Positions 49,301 through 60,700 of a DNA stretch of 64,000 nt are shown here, one piece after another (position 1 is the first letter of the stretch; the number at the start of each line of letters is the position of its first letter). Origin of the DNA: Azolla caroliniana (lineage: Eukaryota > Plantae > Polypodiophyta); assembly GCA_043228905.1 (NCBI GenBank), contig JBHGNT010000005.1, positions 11,470,001-11,534,000 on the forward strand, given 5' to 3'. Under the pieces are notes generated by a model that saw only the letters and a list, made by a program, of their open reading frames with translations, ran no database searches and was not told the DNA's origin. Made by a program: the position numbers and the translations under genes.

Positions 49301-50981
49301 AAGGTGCATACAACAGAGAATGGGTCGAAATGCTAACAAAGGTGTTGTCGGCCTAAAAGCTGGATGTGTGCCGATAGAGAGTTAGATTGGTAAAGTACCC
49401 CATGCCAGAGTGAAGGGGGCGTTTGTTGGGAAACCTGTGGGAAGAGCGAGAGTCTAATCGAATGGAGTCGATGAGTAATTCCCCTCGTGGAGCCTTTTCT
49501 ACCTCGATCATTCCCTTCAGTCAACCTTGTCCTCGTTCAATGTTTGAATAGGGATTAAAATAATATTATGGGTGTGTAGGCTTAATATGGCACATATATG
49601 TATTTGTGAAAGAGAAGACTCAAACCTTGCACCTACAAATCTAGAAGCATTGCATTTACTGTCTCATTGTAGTAATAGTAGAAGAATTGACTCATACCAA
49701 TGTGCCCCATATATGTATTTGTGTAAGGCATGATTTGAACCTTTGACATATAAATCGAGAAGCATTTTATTTAGTCTCTTATTGTAGTCATAGTATAAGA
49801 ATTAACTCGAACCTTGCACCTATAAATCTAGAAGCATTGTAGTCATAGTATAAGAATTTACTCAATGCTTGCACCTATAAATCGAGAAGCATTGTATTTA
49901 CTCTCTCATTGTAGTCATAGTATAAGACTTGACTAGAATATAAGAGACTAGATTATAGCACACTTGATGCGACTCAAAAGGCACAATCACTTGATTAGAA
50001 GTGAAGTGCCTTATCCATTAGGCTACAAGTGCTTGCTTAGATTAATTTGACAGTAGTTCAATAATGGTCTATTCTGGAGGCTGTTGTTAATGGTGTTGAA
50101 TGCCCTCTTGATTAACTACTCCAAGTTGTGGTCTCCCTAGACAATACCAGCCAAGAAGTGACCTCAAGGTGAACCAAACAAGCCCAAAGAGCCCCGAAAA
50201 GAGTTCCAGCACAACCTCAAAGAGTCATGTTTGGAGGGGACGTCCCAAGTAGGCATGAGTAAGGTTGGAACAAGCTCACACAATCTCAATCTGAGCACAG
50301 TCCCAAACCAAGTTGGGACTCCAAAGGGGAACCCACCTTAGCCCCTGTCCCAAAAAAGGGGCCACCGTGGGCCAGCCAAGTCCCAACATGTAGTCCCACT
50401 TGGTATGGTTCAATGGCTAATCCAAAGGCTAGCCTCAACGGCCATGCTTGGCCTAATGTCAAGGGAGATTAAGAGCCACCATTTGGCACAATAGCCACCC
50501 CATTTGCCTATATTTTTGGGAAACATGTCCCCCTAGCTGGGAAGAGTGAGAGTCGAATAAGATGGAATCGATGAGTAATTCAATTATATAACCAACTCAG
50601 AAGACTATATATCAATTTTGTAAATAATCTAAATGTGCCCCATGTGGGCTATATCTATAAATAGCCACAAAAGTTGTATAAGTATAAATATAACTAGGGC
50701 AAACTTTATGTTAGGGGATAATCAATATAGTGGTAACTAGTTACAGTGAGTGAGAGTAGTAACTCTGTAGTCGTTTGTTAGACGAAGACGACCTCGAGGT
50801 TGTTGCCTCCGAGTCTCCCTGTACTCCTCTCCGTACACATAGTGATTTGTTTTCTTGCAGTTTGTGGATCCCCGTCATTTTTCCCTTTTCGGGGTTTCCA
50901 CGTAAAATATTTGATGTCTCTGTGTTCTCTTTTCTCATTTACATTCTGGTGTTATCGCTAGGGTCGGACAATGGGCTAACA
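46310..50981 (+). mobile_element. Element J: heavily decayed Copia related to D/H, with 3' LTR 49424-50981 carrying a ~1.05-kb insertion
   Basis: WVVDSGA, LELIHTDV, NKWVYK and YAMVCTRPD fragments. PPT at ~49412-49420, then TGTTGGG...CTAACA. Confidence 0.85.
49590..49935. repeat. Degenerate tandem repeat with B-box-like AACCTTGCACCT core
   Basis: Four units of ..AACCTTGCACCTATAAATC.AGAAGCATTG..TTGTAGTCATAGTATAAGA. Confidence 0.8.
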
Positions 50982-50986
50982 CAGGG

Positions 50987-53900
50987 TGTCCCCTTGAGAC
51001 ACTTCACCAAAGGGGTGTTGTGGTGAGATAGAGTTAGACTGACTAGTAATAGAACCCTAATTGGTTACTAGCGGCAATATCATTAGTCACAATACACGCG
51101 TAGAATAAATTACACTTAGCATAGAACGGTAATTAACAATGATTAATATACAGACCAACAACACTCTGTTAATTATCTGCTAATGATTACAATCTAACCG
51201 GGCCCTTTTTATAGATCTCCGATTTTAGGTACAAACCTGTGCCAACCGGCAACCGGCAACCGGCTACGAACCGGTCCGGATCGGCATACCGATTCCGTGT
51301 CCGTCCGTTCGCTTCTCAAGTCATAATAATTCTATATAAATATATAATCAGCTCCCGATTATTAATTATCCCCTCGTTTCCCATTCTAAACTACCCTTGC
51401 CGGCCAGCTAACACATGGCACGCCCATGGGACAGTACCTTGTACGTCGAATCCACGATTCGGCCTTCATTCATCCTCCAAAATGTCTAGAATGCTCTGAT
51501 CTAAGGGTTCCAATGGTTCTTCGGGAAGCTATTCTGTAGTCTGTTGTTGTTGTTTTTCCTCCTCCTATTGTTCTTACGGCTATGGCTACTACTGGTTAAC
51601 GTCCGTTGCCTGCAGCTTCGTCGATCTAACCGGCTCTGTATCCATTTCCGGCTCGACTGGTCTTACAAGCTCTTCCTCCTTTTCTGGCTCTACCGGTCTT
51701 GGCGTCTCTTGGTTCTGTTGTCCAGCGTGCACTGGTTCCTGCGGATGATCTTCCTTTAGCGGCTCCTCCTGAGTACTATTTGGTTGGCTTCCCCCGGCTT
51801 TAACCGGCGTTTGTTCTGAAGATGGCTCCTCGTCACTGATGCTAATCGCCGCAGTTTTCTTGGCCACTTCTTACCGTCATCATTCCCGTTCGTACTTCTC
51901 GAAACGGAGTTGGTTGTCCAACTGGTCATCATCCAGTTGTGCCACCAACTGGCGTACCGCCACCCTCTGCTCATCAGCTAAGGATATGAAATCATCCGCC
52001 AGTTCCTCGTTTATTGCTTCAATGCTTTCTTTATCCAGGATGTAAACTTTGTCGCCCTCTTTCCGCTGGTTTTCCACATCTACCCGCAACAACTGTAGCT
52101 CTGTTGCCTGCTAAGCCCACTTCGACCACCATTGTACTGAGCTTTCTTCCACCAATTGCTTCATTTGATTCCTCCATGCCAATATGATGTCCCGGATCTG
52201 CCCCAGCCCCATCTTCAACTTGTTTTCTGCGGCCTGTTTTTCGTCTTTCAATTGTTTGATTAGGCTTGCGGTTGCCACTTCTTGGCTTCTGTAGTGCATG
52301 AGTTGGGTCTGATATGTTGTCTAAACTCTATTCAGAGTCATTGTAGGGCGCTTCGTTTCCACATGGTGCTACACTTGCAGGTCTAGTCGCTCTTTTGCTA
52401 CTCCCGCTAGTTGTTTCGCTGCTTCGGCTCCCTTTGACTGTTCTTCCATCACTGCCGTCGTCAACCGGTTAACTTCCTCCCAGAGTTCTCTACAGTTTTT
52501 TTGTTGCCGGTCGCTTTTAGTAGTCAATTTCTTATGATCGGCATCCAAATGCTTATAATCCGGGTGCAGTCGGTCTAAGTCGTCGGTTTTCTATTTGAGT
52601 TTTTGATTGATAAGCCAGCAAGCACAATCCTCACAATCTTTTTGTTTGCCGGAGCTCTTCTTTGAGGTGCTCAATCTCCACTTCCACCGTCCTCCGGAGT
52701 TTCTCTTTTTCTTGCAGGAGTTTGTCTTTCTCTTCTTTCAGTCGGTCATACGCTTGATGACCTCTTCTCAGGCTTTCTTCTGTTCGGCGAAGGCTGTCGG
52801 CCATTCTCCTTTGTTCCTCCTTCGCCGCTTTTTTCAATTCTCGTTCCCTGGCTCGTAAAGCTTCTTGTGTTGCTAGGTCTTCCCTTAGTGTGTCGAGCTC
52901 TTGTGCTGACGATTTATGCGTATCCAGGCCTGCCATTGTCACCGGGGTTTGATCGTTCTGTAGAGTTACCGGGGCCACCTGTTCAAATTGCTATGGTCCT
53001 TCTATGACCAACTTGACCATTTCTGTTCTGGTCTTCTCTATGTCAGCGAGGAGAGCAAGGAGAGCAAGGAAAGCAAGGAGTTTGGAAATGTTTTCAGCGA
53101 TGTGCAGAGAAATGGCTTTTGTCTTCCTTTTGTGAAGATGAGAAGTTAGGGTTCAAGAGCTTGCAAATCATTGTGTGGATGCATGTTCTTTCTATCTTGG
53201 AAAGTGTGTGTGCATGTAGTGCCTTTAATAGTCGTGACTGTCCTTCCTTTTTCTTTTCTTTTTTTCATTTCAGACCTAACGGTCAAGGCTAGTTTTCAAG
53301 TACATTAAGGTTACATGCCCACCAGTGGACCCTGTTTAGTGGCCGTTCCGTTCCGCCGAGGAACCGGCCCGATTCTCTTAATCGGCGGGGAACGGGTTTG
53401 GCGTCATGTGTCCCAAATATGGCTTTAATCGAAATCCATTGACCTTTTTCCGCACAACTCCCCCTGCTAGGGTGCCTAGTTCGAATGTCTCATTCTTGGT
53501 TCCTACTATCCAATATGGCATCTATCCCATGCATGTTTAGAATACTAAGGCTACTTTTCCAATTTTAAAGTGTTTCTCATTGGTACCACAATGCCGGTCT
53601 ATGAATGCCTTCCGCCACCATTGCTCGTGCTCCAAAATCGCCATGTTGTGTACTCTAGCTTCCCCCAATTCGAGTAGTTGTTGTAAGCAGATTTGCTCGG
53701 ACTGGCCCTCCGACAGACGTTCGCGGACTTGTATGTGTAAACTTGGTATCTAAAACTCCACAGGCTTTACGGCTTCTAGTTCGAACACCAACCGAAATGA
53801 CGTTGATTGGGTACTGGTTTTGAAGCAAGTGCGGTATGCCCATAAGGTGTTGTGTAGCTTCGTGTCCCAATTCGTACGATTGTCATTGAAGATCTTTTTC

Positions 53901-54183
53901 AAGATATTATGGAGTGTTTTATTCATCGATTCCACCAGTCCATTGGCCTATGGGTAATACGGCGTGCTTCTCTTGTGAACCATGGCGTAATGTTCAATAA
54001 GATCATGAATGACCATATTCAAAAAATGACTTCCTTGATCGTTGATGAGCTCGATAGGGCAACCAAAACGGCACCAAATATGCTCATATATGAATTTGGT
54101 CATGGAAGCCGCAATGTTGTCTCATAAAGTTTTTGCCTCCACCCATTTCGTACAATAATCTGTGGCCACTAGGATGTATTTGT
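50987..54183 (-). mobile_element. Element K: 3' part of a second Gypsy type (integrase, extra ORF, LTR 50987-51433)
   Basis: Minus-strand integrase remnants (YILVATDY, LWAYRT, VNGFRLKPY) at ~53400-54183. Coiled-coil-like ORF fragments 51589-52978. LTR has TGTCCC/GGGACA termini. Confidence 0.7.
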
Positions 54184-55030
54184 TGTTGGGAATATATCCC
54201 TCCCATGGGAGGAGCCGACTGTGTGGAAGTAGCCGACAATCGAAGACAAGGAAGAGCCGATTGTTCGGGCTGAGGAGAGTCGACAGTCAAAGAGCTTACA
54301 AATAGGGAGTCGACTGATTAATTGTTGACTATTATTATTATAGTTATAATAATAGTAGCGATGTGTAGTAGGGGCTACAATTATAAATAGCCCATATGAT
54401 GTATTAGTATAAATACGCCTAGGGCAAATGTATAAATAGTGTGATCCTCTGTTGTTGAGAATGATAGAGAAGAGTGAGAACGGGGGGGAGAGACTGTGTG
54501 AGTGGTGCCATAGCCATGTACTATAAGAGCCATGCACGACAGATACACTCGGAGTATAGAGTGTTGTACTCTAATCCCATCATTGTATATCCACTATATT
54601 TATATAGTCAAGCTCCGTTCTTCGTGGTTTTCTCATGCTTTTAGGGTTTTCCACGTAAAATCTGTGCACATTTTCTTTTGTGTTTCCGAACTTTGTATTT
54701 CAGCACATTCCTTTCTTGTGGATTGTTGATTCGTTTTCCCAACAAACTGGTATCAAAGCTTGAAGTGCAAGCATGGAAGGAGGTGTGAGAGGCTTCCCAG
54801 GAATGATAGTTCTAAACTCTCAGAATTATGCAAACTAGAAGATAAAGATGAAGGATCTTCTCATAGTCAAAGACTTGTACGAGCCCATCGACATAGTAGA
54901 AATACCCACAGGGGTATTAGAGTCGGAATGGAAACTTCTCAACAGAAAGGTGGTGGCCACCATCCGAGAGTGTGTTGATGTAAGTGTCCTTCAGCATGTG
55001 GCGAACGACATGAATGCCCACGAGAAGGAC
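54184..55030 (+). mobile_element. Copia 5' LTR (54184-54744), PBS-iMet and gag start, truncated
   Basis: TGTTGGGAA...TTCCCAACA, TGGTATCAAAGC at 54748, and MKDLLIVKDLYEPI...EWKLLNRK gag sequence. Confidence 0.88.
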
Positions 55031-55786
55031 TGTCAACATGTGTGTCATAAGAGCGACCTCACATCAAGTGGGTCAAGCCCTACATTCTCAACACCATTGT
55101 GGCTAATATTGTTACATTACGTAACGAAATCGACGTCACCAACAGGGATGTCAACAATAAAAATTTGTTGAAAAAGGGATGGTGACAAAGCCATTCTCAC
55201 AAAAATGTGAGGACGGCCACCAAGATCCTTTCCCCGAAAAGGAAAACATTCGATATTGAAAACACGTAATAACTTATATACACATGTATATTATCACATA
55301 TATACGATCAAATACGTATGCACGTGACCACATATGTAAATGTTCCTAATTCTTTCTTGTACTACACTTTTGTGGGTTTCGACAAAAGTAGGACAAAGAG
55401 CAACATGAGGAGAAAAACCATGCTTGTCAATCGGTATTCTAGTGCTCTTTCCCAACAATTTTAAAGCTCATACAAGAGGATACATCAGTTTGGTGGGGGT
55501 GGGTGTTGTGCATCATGTCGCCAATGGTGCACGCTACAAATATCCTTGCATATTCGGATTCTTGACCGGGCCATCTCTAAATGCTCGGTTGTGGCTAGCA
55601 ACCGAGCTTCCTACGCTTTCTCTTCCGCTTCTAACTGGCCGACAACACCAGCCACTTGCTCTGCTACCCATCGGAGCGATCGACTGTCGGTGCATTGTGG
55701 TTGTGCCAGTTCTGGTCGTGGGATGGCATTCTCATTGGTCATGAGCCTCCTATTGACGGTTACGTCACACGGCCGCTCCGGTTCTG

Positions 55787-58700
55787 AGGGGAAGCTACAA
55801 GTTGGAAAGGAGGATTTCCTCCTCCCTGAAGAGGAGCGAATGTTTCGCGATATGCTTGAGAGACATGGGAAGGCTTTCGCATTCTTCCCACGAGAAATCG
55901 GATGCGCCGACCCAAAGGTTATAGAGCCGATGGTGATCTTCACGGTGCCTCATGTGCCTTGGAATTTGAAACCGATACCGGTTCCGAGAGCACACCTTCC
56001 GAAACTGATCGAGCTCTTAAAGGAGAAGGTGAGTATGGGAATTCTAGAACCGTCGAATGCTCCTTATTCCAATAGGTGGTTCACGGTGCCGAAGAAGAAT
56101 GGATCATTGCGATTCATCCAAGATCTTCAACCTGTCAACAAGGTGACAATTCGAAATGCTGGGATCGGTCCGAGCGTGGACGAATTTGCCGAAGCGTTTG
56201 CGGGCCGGTCCATCTACTCCATTGGCGATCTCTACTCTGGATATGACCAATTCCAATTGGCGATCGACAGTCGGGACATTACAACCATGAGGACTCCGAT
56301 CAGGCTTGTGCGGATGTGTACCTTACCCCAAGGCACAACGAACTCGGTGGCTCATATGGTGAATGCCATGAATAAAGTCTTGAAGGATTGCATCTCGGAC
56401 ATCACGATGCCATTCTTGGATGATATTCCGATAAAAGGATGGTCGGATGAGGAGAAAGATGAATCGAAAGATAAGGAAGGTTGTAGAAAGTTCGTGGCGG
56501 ATCATATGAAAGATTGCGAGAAGGTGCTTCCAAGGCTCGAAGATGCGAATTTGACATTTTCGGGAGAAAAATCCTCATTCGGGCAACCAGAGATCTTGGT
56601 GGTAGGTCACTTGTGTGGAGCATACAGCCAGAAGTCCTCGCCATCCAAAGTGAATGCAATCCAAGACATGAAAGAAGAATGCGAAAACCAAACGGAGGTT
56701 TGAAGGTTCCTTGGAGCGTGCGCGTTTTATCATATATGGATTCCTCACTACGCTCATGTCGCCGAACCGTTATATGGACTACTAAAGAAAAGAATGAAGT
56801 TCGAATGGCGAGACGAGCACACAAACGCGATGCGAAGATTAAAGAAACTGCTTCTTGAAGCTCCGGCACTAAGGAAGGCCAACTATGCCGAAGGGAAACC
56901 AATTTACGTGACCGTAGATACGAGCCCAACTGGAATCGGGTGGGTCATCAATCAAGAAGGTGAAGATAATGTACGATATGCCGTCCGGTTTGGAGCAAAG
57001 GTTCTCAGCGAACGGCAACAAAGATATGCCCAAGTCAAGCGGGAACTTTGGGGTATTGTGTCGGCAGTGAAGACGGACAAAGATTACCTGATCGGGTCAG
57101 AAGTGATAATACAGACAGATTGTCTCCCAATTCTCGGAATGGTCTCGAGATGTGCGACCCCAGATCTTGCTATGCTAAAGTGGATTGCCTACATCAAGTC
57201 TTTAAACCCAGAGATCCGTCACATTGCAGGGAAGAAGAACACCATGGCTGACATACTGTCGAGGGCAAGATTTTCAAATGGAAGTAACATGATTTCGGAA
57301 GATGAAGATGTCGCCCTCGACTTCTTCAAGATGGCTCGATTGTCGGCGGAAGACCAGGACACGCAAACCCTCCACGGCTTCAACGAGAATGAGTACGAAG
57401 GAGAGTGGTTACTCATCGGTAGATTCCTAAGAACATTGACGACAGATGCTTCGTTGACAAAGGAGGAGGCCCTACGAATCTGAAAGAAAGCTTACCGATA
57501 CTTCTTGAAGGGAGGATTCCTTTGGTGACATCCAAAAAGAAGGACAGGAATACCACGTCGAGTGGTGGTAAAGAAAGAAGAGCAAGAGATGCTGATGACC
57601 GAATTCCACGAGAGTGCTTGGGCAGGTCATAGAGGAACATGGGCAACGTTCGAAAAGTTGAAGGAGAAGTACTAGTGGCCAAGCATGTACAAAGATGTAC
57701 TCCATTTCGTGTCCACATGCGAAACTTGCCAAATATATATTCAAATATACGTCATCGTGATGAGTTACAGCCGACATACCCACTCACCATACACTTCAAA
57801 TGGATGGTGGATCTGGTCTCGATGCCAATGGGAGTGGGACAAATGAAGTACTTAGTGTTGGCAAGGGAAGACTTCACAAATAAAGTGGAAGGACGAGCCT
57901 TGACAAATAAGACGACTTCAGCCGTTTGCAAATTTCTACTTGAAGAGGTTGTTTGCCGATATGGATGTGTAGGGAAGATAGTGGCCGACCGAGGAGAGTT
58001 GGATGCGCACGAAGCGACGGAGCTCTTCGAAAGACTAGGCATGAAGCTCTCCCTCACGACTGCCTACAATCCGGAAGCAAATGGGAAGATCGAGCGAGGG
58101 CATGGACCTATTGTTAAAACCATCATACGGGCATGCAATGGTCGAGTCGGGAATTGGCCACGACTATTACCCTATGCCTTGTGGGCCGATAGAACGACAC
58201 ATAGCTCGGTGACAGGGTATATGCCGACGGAGCTTATGTAGGGACAAAAGCCGATTATGCCCATCAAAAGGACGATCGCCTCATGGGTAGCAATACCATG
58301 GGAGAACGAGATGAGCCGAGAAGAGTTATTAGCGGCGCAGATAAGGCAACTTGAAAGAAGACCTGAAGATTTAGAAAAAGCGAGAAAGATGATGGAGGTA
58401 GCCCGAGTAAAGAACAAAGTTAGGGTCGACAACACGCATCGACTTCGTCCCAAGAAGATTGAAGAAGGGGATTGGGTTTTGGTTTACGACAGCACCCTTG
58501 ACAATCAACACAGTACAACAAGGAAGTTTGCAAGAAGATGGTTTGGGCCGTATGTGGTGACAAGTGCCAACGATAATTCCACATACCACCTTGCGGAACT
58601 AGACGGATCAAGGTTGGTCGTACCCATTGCGGGAAAAAGAGTAAAGATTTTCAAGAAAAGACAAGACAAGGATCCTGACCTCGATCACCTCGACAATGAA

Positions 58701-59917
58701 CATAATAGGGCGGATGTAAATGAAGACATGGAGGTATCTAATTGATCACCATAGTCGAAATCTCCCTTTCTCTCTTCTTGGCACGTACCGGAGTACGTGC
58801 GGTTTGGTGGGGGTGGATGTCGTGAAGATTTTCGGCAATAGTGTGAAAATCCCATAAAACGTACGAAATCGAGTATGAATCACATAATACAATAATTGTG
58901 AAGATACATTTTAAATAAATTTAATATCTAAGCACAAAATGATGGAGGTTTCGAATGCACTTTATTACACGAGAAACGGACAACTAAATGTCAAGATATG
59001 AGGGTATAAAGTTTGTGAAAGGAAAAGAGAAAATTGTGAGATATCGCACATAGGCACGACAAATACAGTTCTCATCATATATAAGGTAGAGCAAAAGCTA
59101 TTATCTTTGTGTCTATGTGTGGAGCATAGAAAGTTCAAGGTAACTTGAACTAAGAGTGGAGGTGGGCTAGCTACTTGTAAAGGGTTTTGGCCAACCAAAA
59201 CCGGACCGGCGATGGAGCCGGTGATCCACCGGTAACCGACGACATCCGGTGACGGCGAGTTGATGGCATCTGGCGAGGCACCGGGGTAACTGACGGCATC
59301 TAACGCCGATAAGGCAACGGCATCCGGCGAACCGGCGTCCGGTGACTAGATAAATAAATATATAAATATATATACATATACAAGGAGGGCAAGTAAGGAT
59401 TCGAACCTTGCACCTCCGAGTTAGGAGTCAATTGGCTTACCATTAAGCCATGCCATTTAGTTGAATTTATATTTCTATCATTATAGTTTTACATGTAAAT
59501 TCTCATACATGAAAGCTAAAATGAGTGACATGGTTATCATGCACCAAATGTAATACATGAGCGCCAAATGGCAAACATGCATTTTATGCATGTCTTGTAC
59601 CCTCACATGCATCATATGCATGAGAGCATCTATAAAAGAAGGAAGGGGGAGGAGAAAAAACACGTTTTTTTTTTATGAAATTAAGAAGAAGAAATTCGTT
59701 ATCAAATTGATCGTGTAACTTGTTTCTTAAATCTAAAGTTAAAAGTTCAATCAATCTCTCTCAATCGTGTAATCTCAACTTCTCTCTTTCCCAATCTATC
59801 TTAAGTACTTTCTTGCTAAAGCTTGCGCCAAAGCTTGTACTGACTTTGAATCCTTCCGGTCCAAAACCCCGACGGTTCCGCCTCACGATCCGCGCGTAGT
59901 GACGGATCTTCATGACA
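55787..59917 (+). mobile_element. Element L: 5'-truncated copy of the C family (RT-RH-INT plus LTR 58818-59917)
   Basis: Near-identical to 7271-11089. PPT 58801-58817. Confidence 0.95.
59384..59455 (-). other. tRNA-like Pol III promoter module in LTR of L
   Basis: Minus strand TGGCATGGCTTAATGGTAAGCCAATTGACTCCTAACTCGGAGGTGCAAGGTTCGAATCCTT: consensus A-box, B-box, D-arm and T-arm. Confidence 0.7.
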
Positions 59918-60700
59918 CCATGAACCACCTATTAGAATAAGGAGCATTCAACGGTCCCAGAATTCCCATATTCACCCTCTCCTTTAAGAGCTCAATCAGC
60001 TTCGGTAGGTGTGCTCTCGGAACCGGTATTGGTTTTAAATTCCAAGGCACATGCGGCACCGTGAAGATTACCATCGACTCTATTGTCCTTGGATCAACAC
60101 ATCCGATTTCTTGTGGGAAAAATGCGAAAGCCTTCCCATGTCTCTCAAGCATGTCGCGAAACATTCGCTCCTCTTCAAGGAGGAGGAAATCCACCCTTCC
60201 AACTTGTAGCTTTCCTTTCGTCTCTTCGGTGAATACATGACCTATTCCCTTTGGATCTCTTAAGCTTGGATCATTAGCGACTTCCTTCATCCTTTGCACG
60301 CTATCTTCTGGTAGCGGAACTGCAACTGGCTTGATCTTCCTATCCATCGTTTTATATTTTGTGTTGATGTCAGCTTTCTTCATCAAGATGCTTCGATGAT
60401 AGCATACATGTTGATGGAGTTAACCGAAATCATGTGTCGATCATGAAGATAGCTCAAGTCCACAACGTCTTTGATTTCGCCGATGGTGTCGTTAAATGAG
60501 GCTTCTTCCATAATATGAGTCACGAACTCTTCTTCTTCTATTATGTTTTCTTCTTTCAGCATCTTCTTGAAGACTCGTATCCGACACTTGTCCTTTTTGT
60601 GGGGTAGTACTAGTTTATATGCGCCACTAGGTGTGACACATGTTGCTTCTCCTCACAATCCACGCGCTCTACCTTCTTGTGGGGACTTGTGATCGCTCGG
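59918..60700 (-). pseudogene. Gypsy pol N-terminal fragment related to the C family
   Basis: ORF 59910-60386 (TKYKTMDRKIKPV...PYSNRWF) is homologous to 7100-7570. Confidence 0.9.

Noticed and set aside
55546-56703. Novel 385-aa RT fusion protein
   Set aside because: The first ~80 aa are chance read-through across the truncation junction at ~55787.
59384-59455. Functional tRNA-Arg(CCT) gene
   Set aside because: Acceptor and anticodon stems do not pair properly, so it is kept only as tRNA-like.
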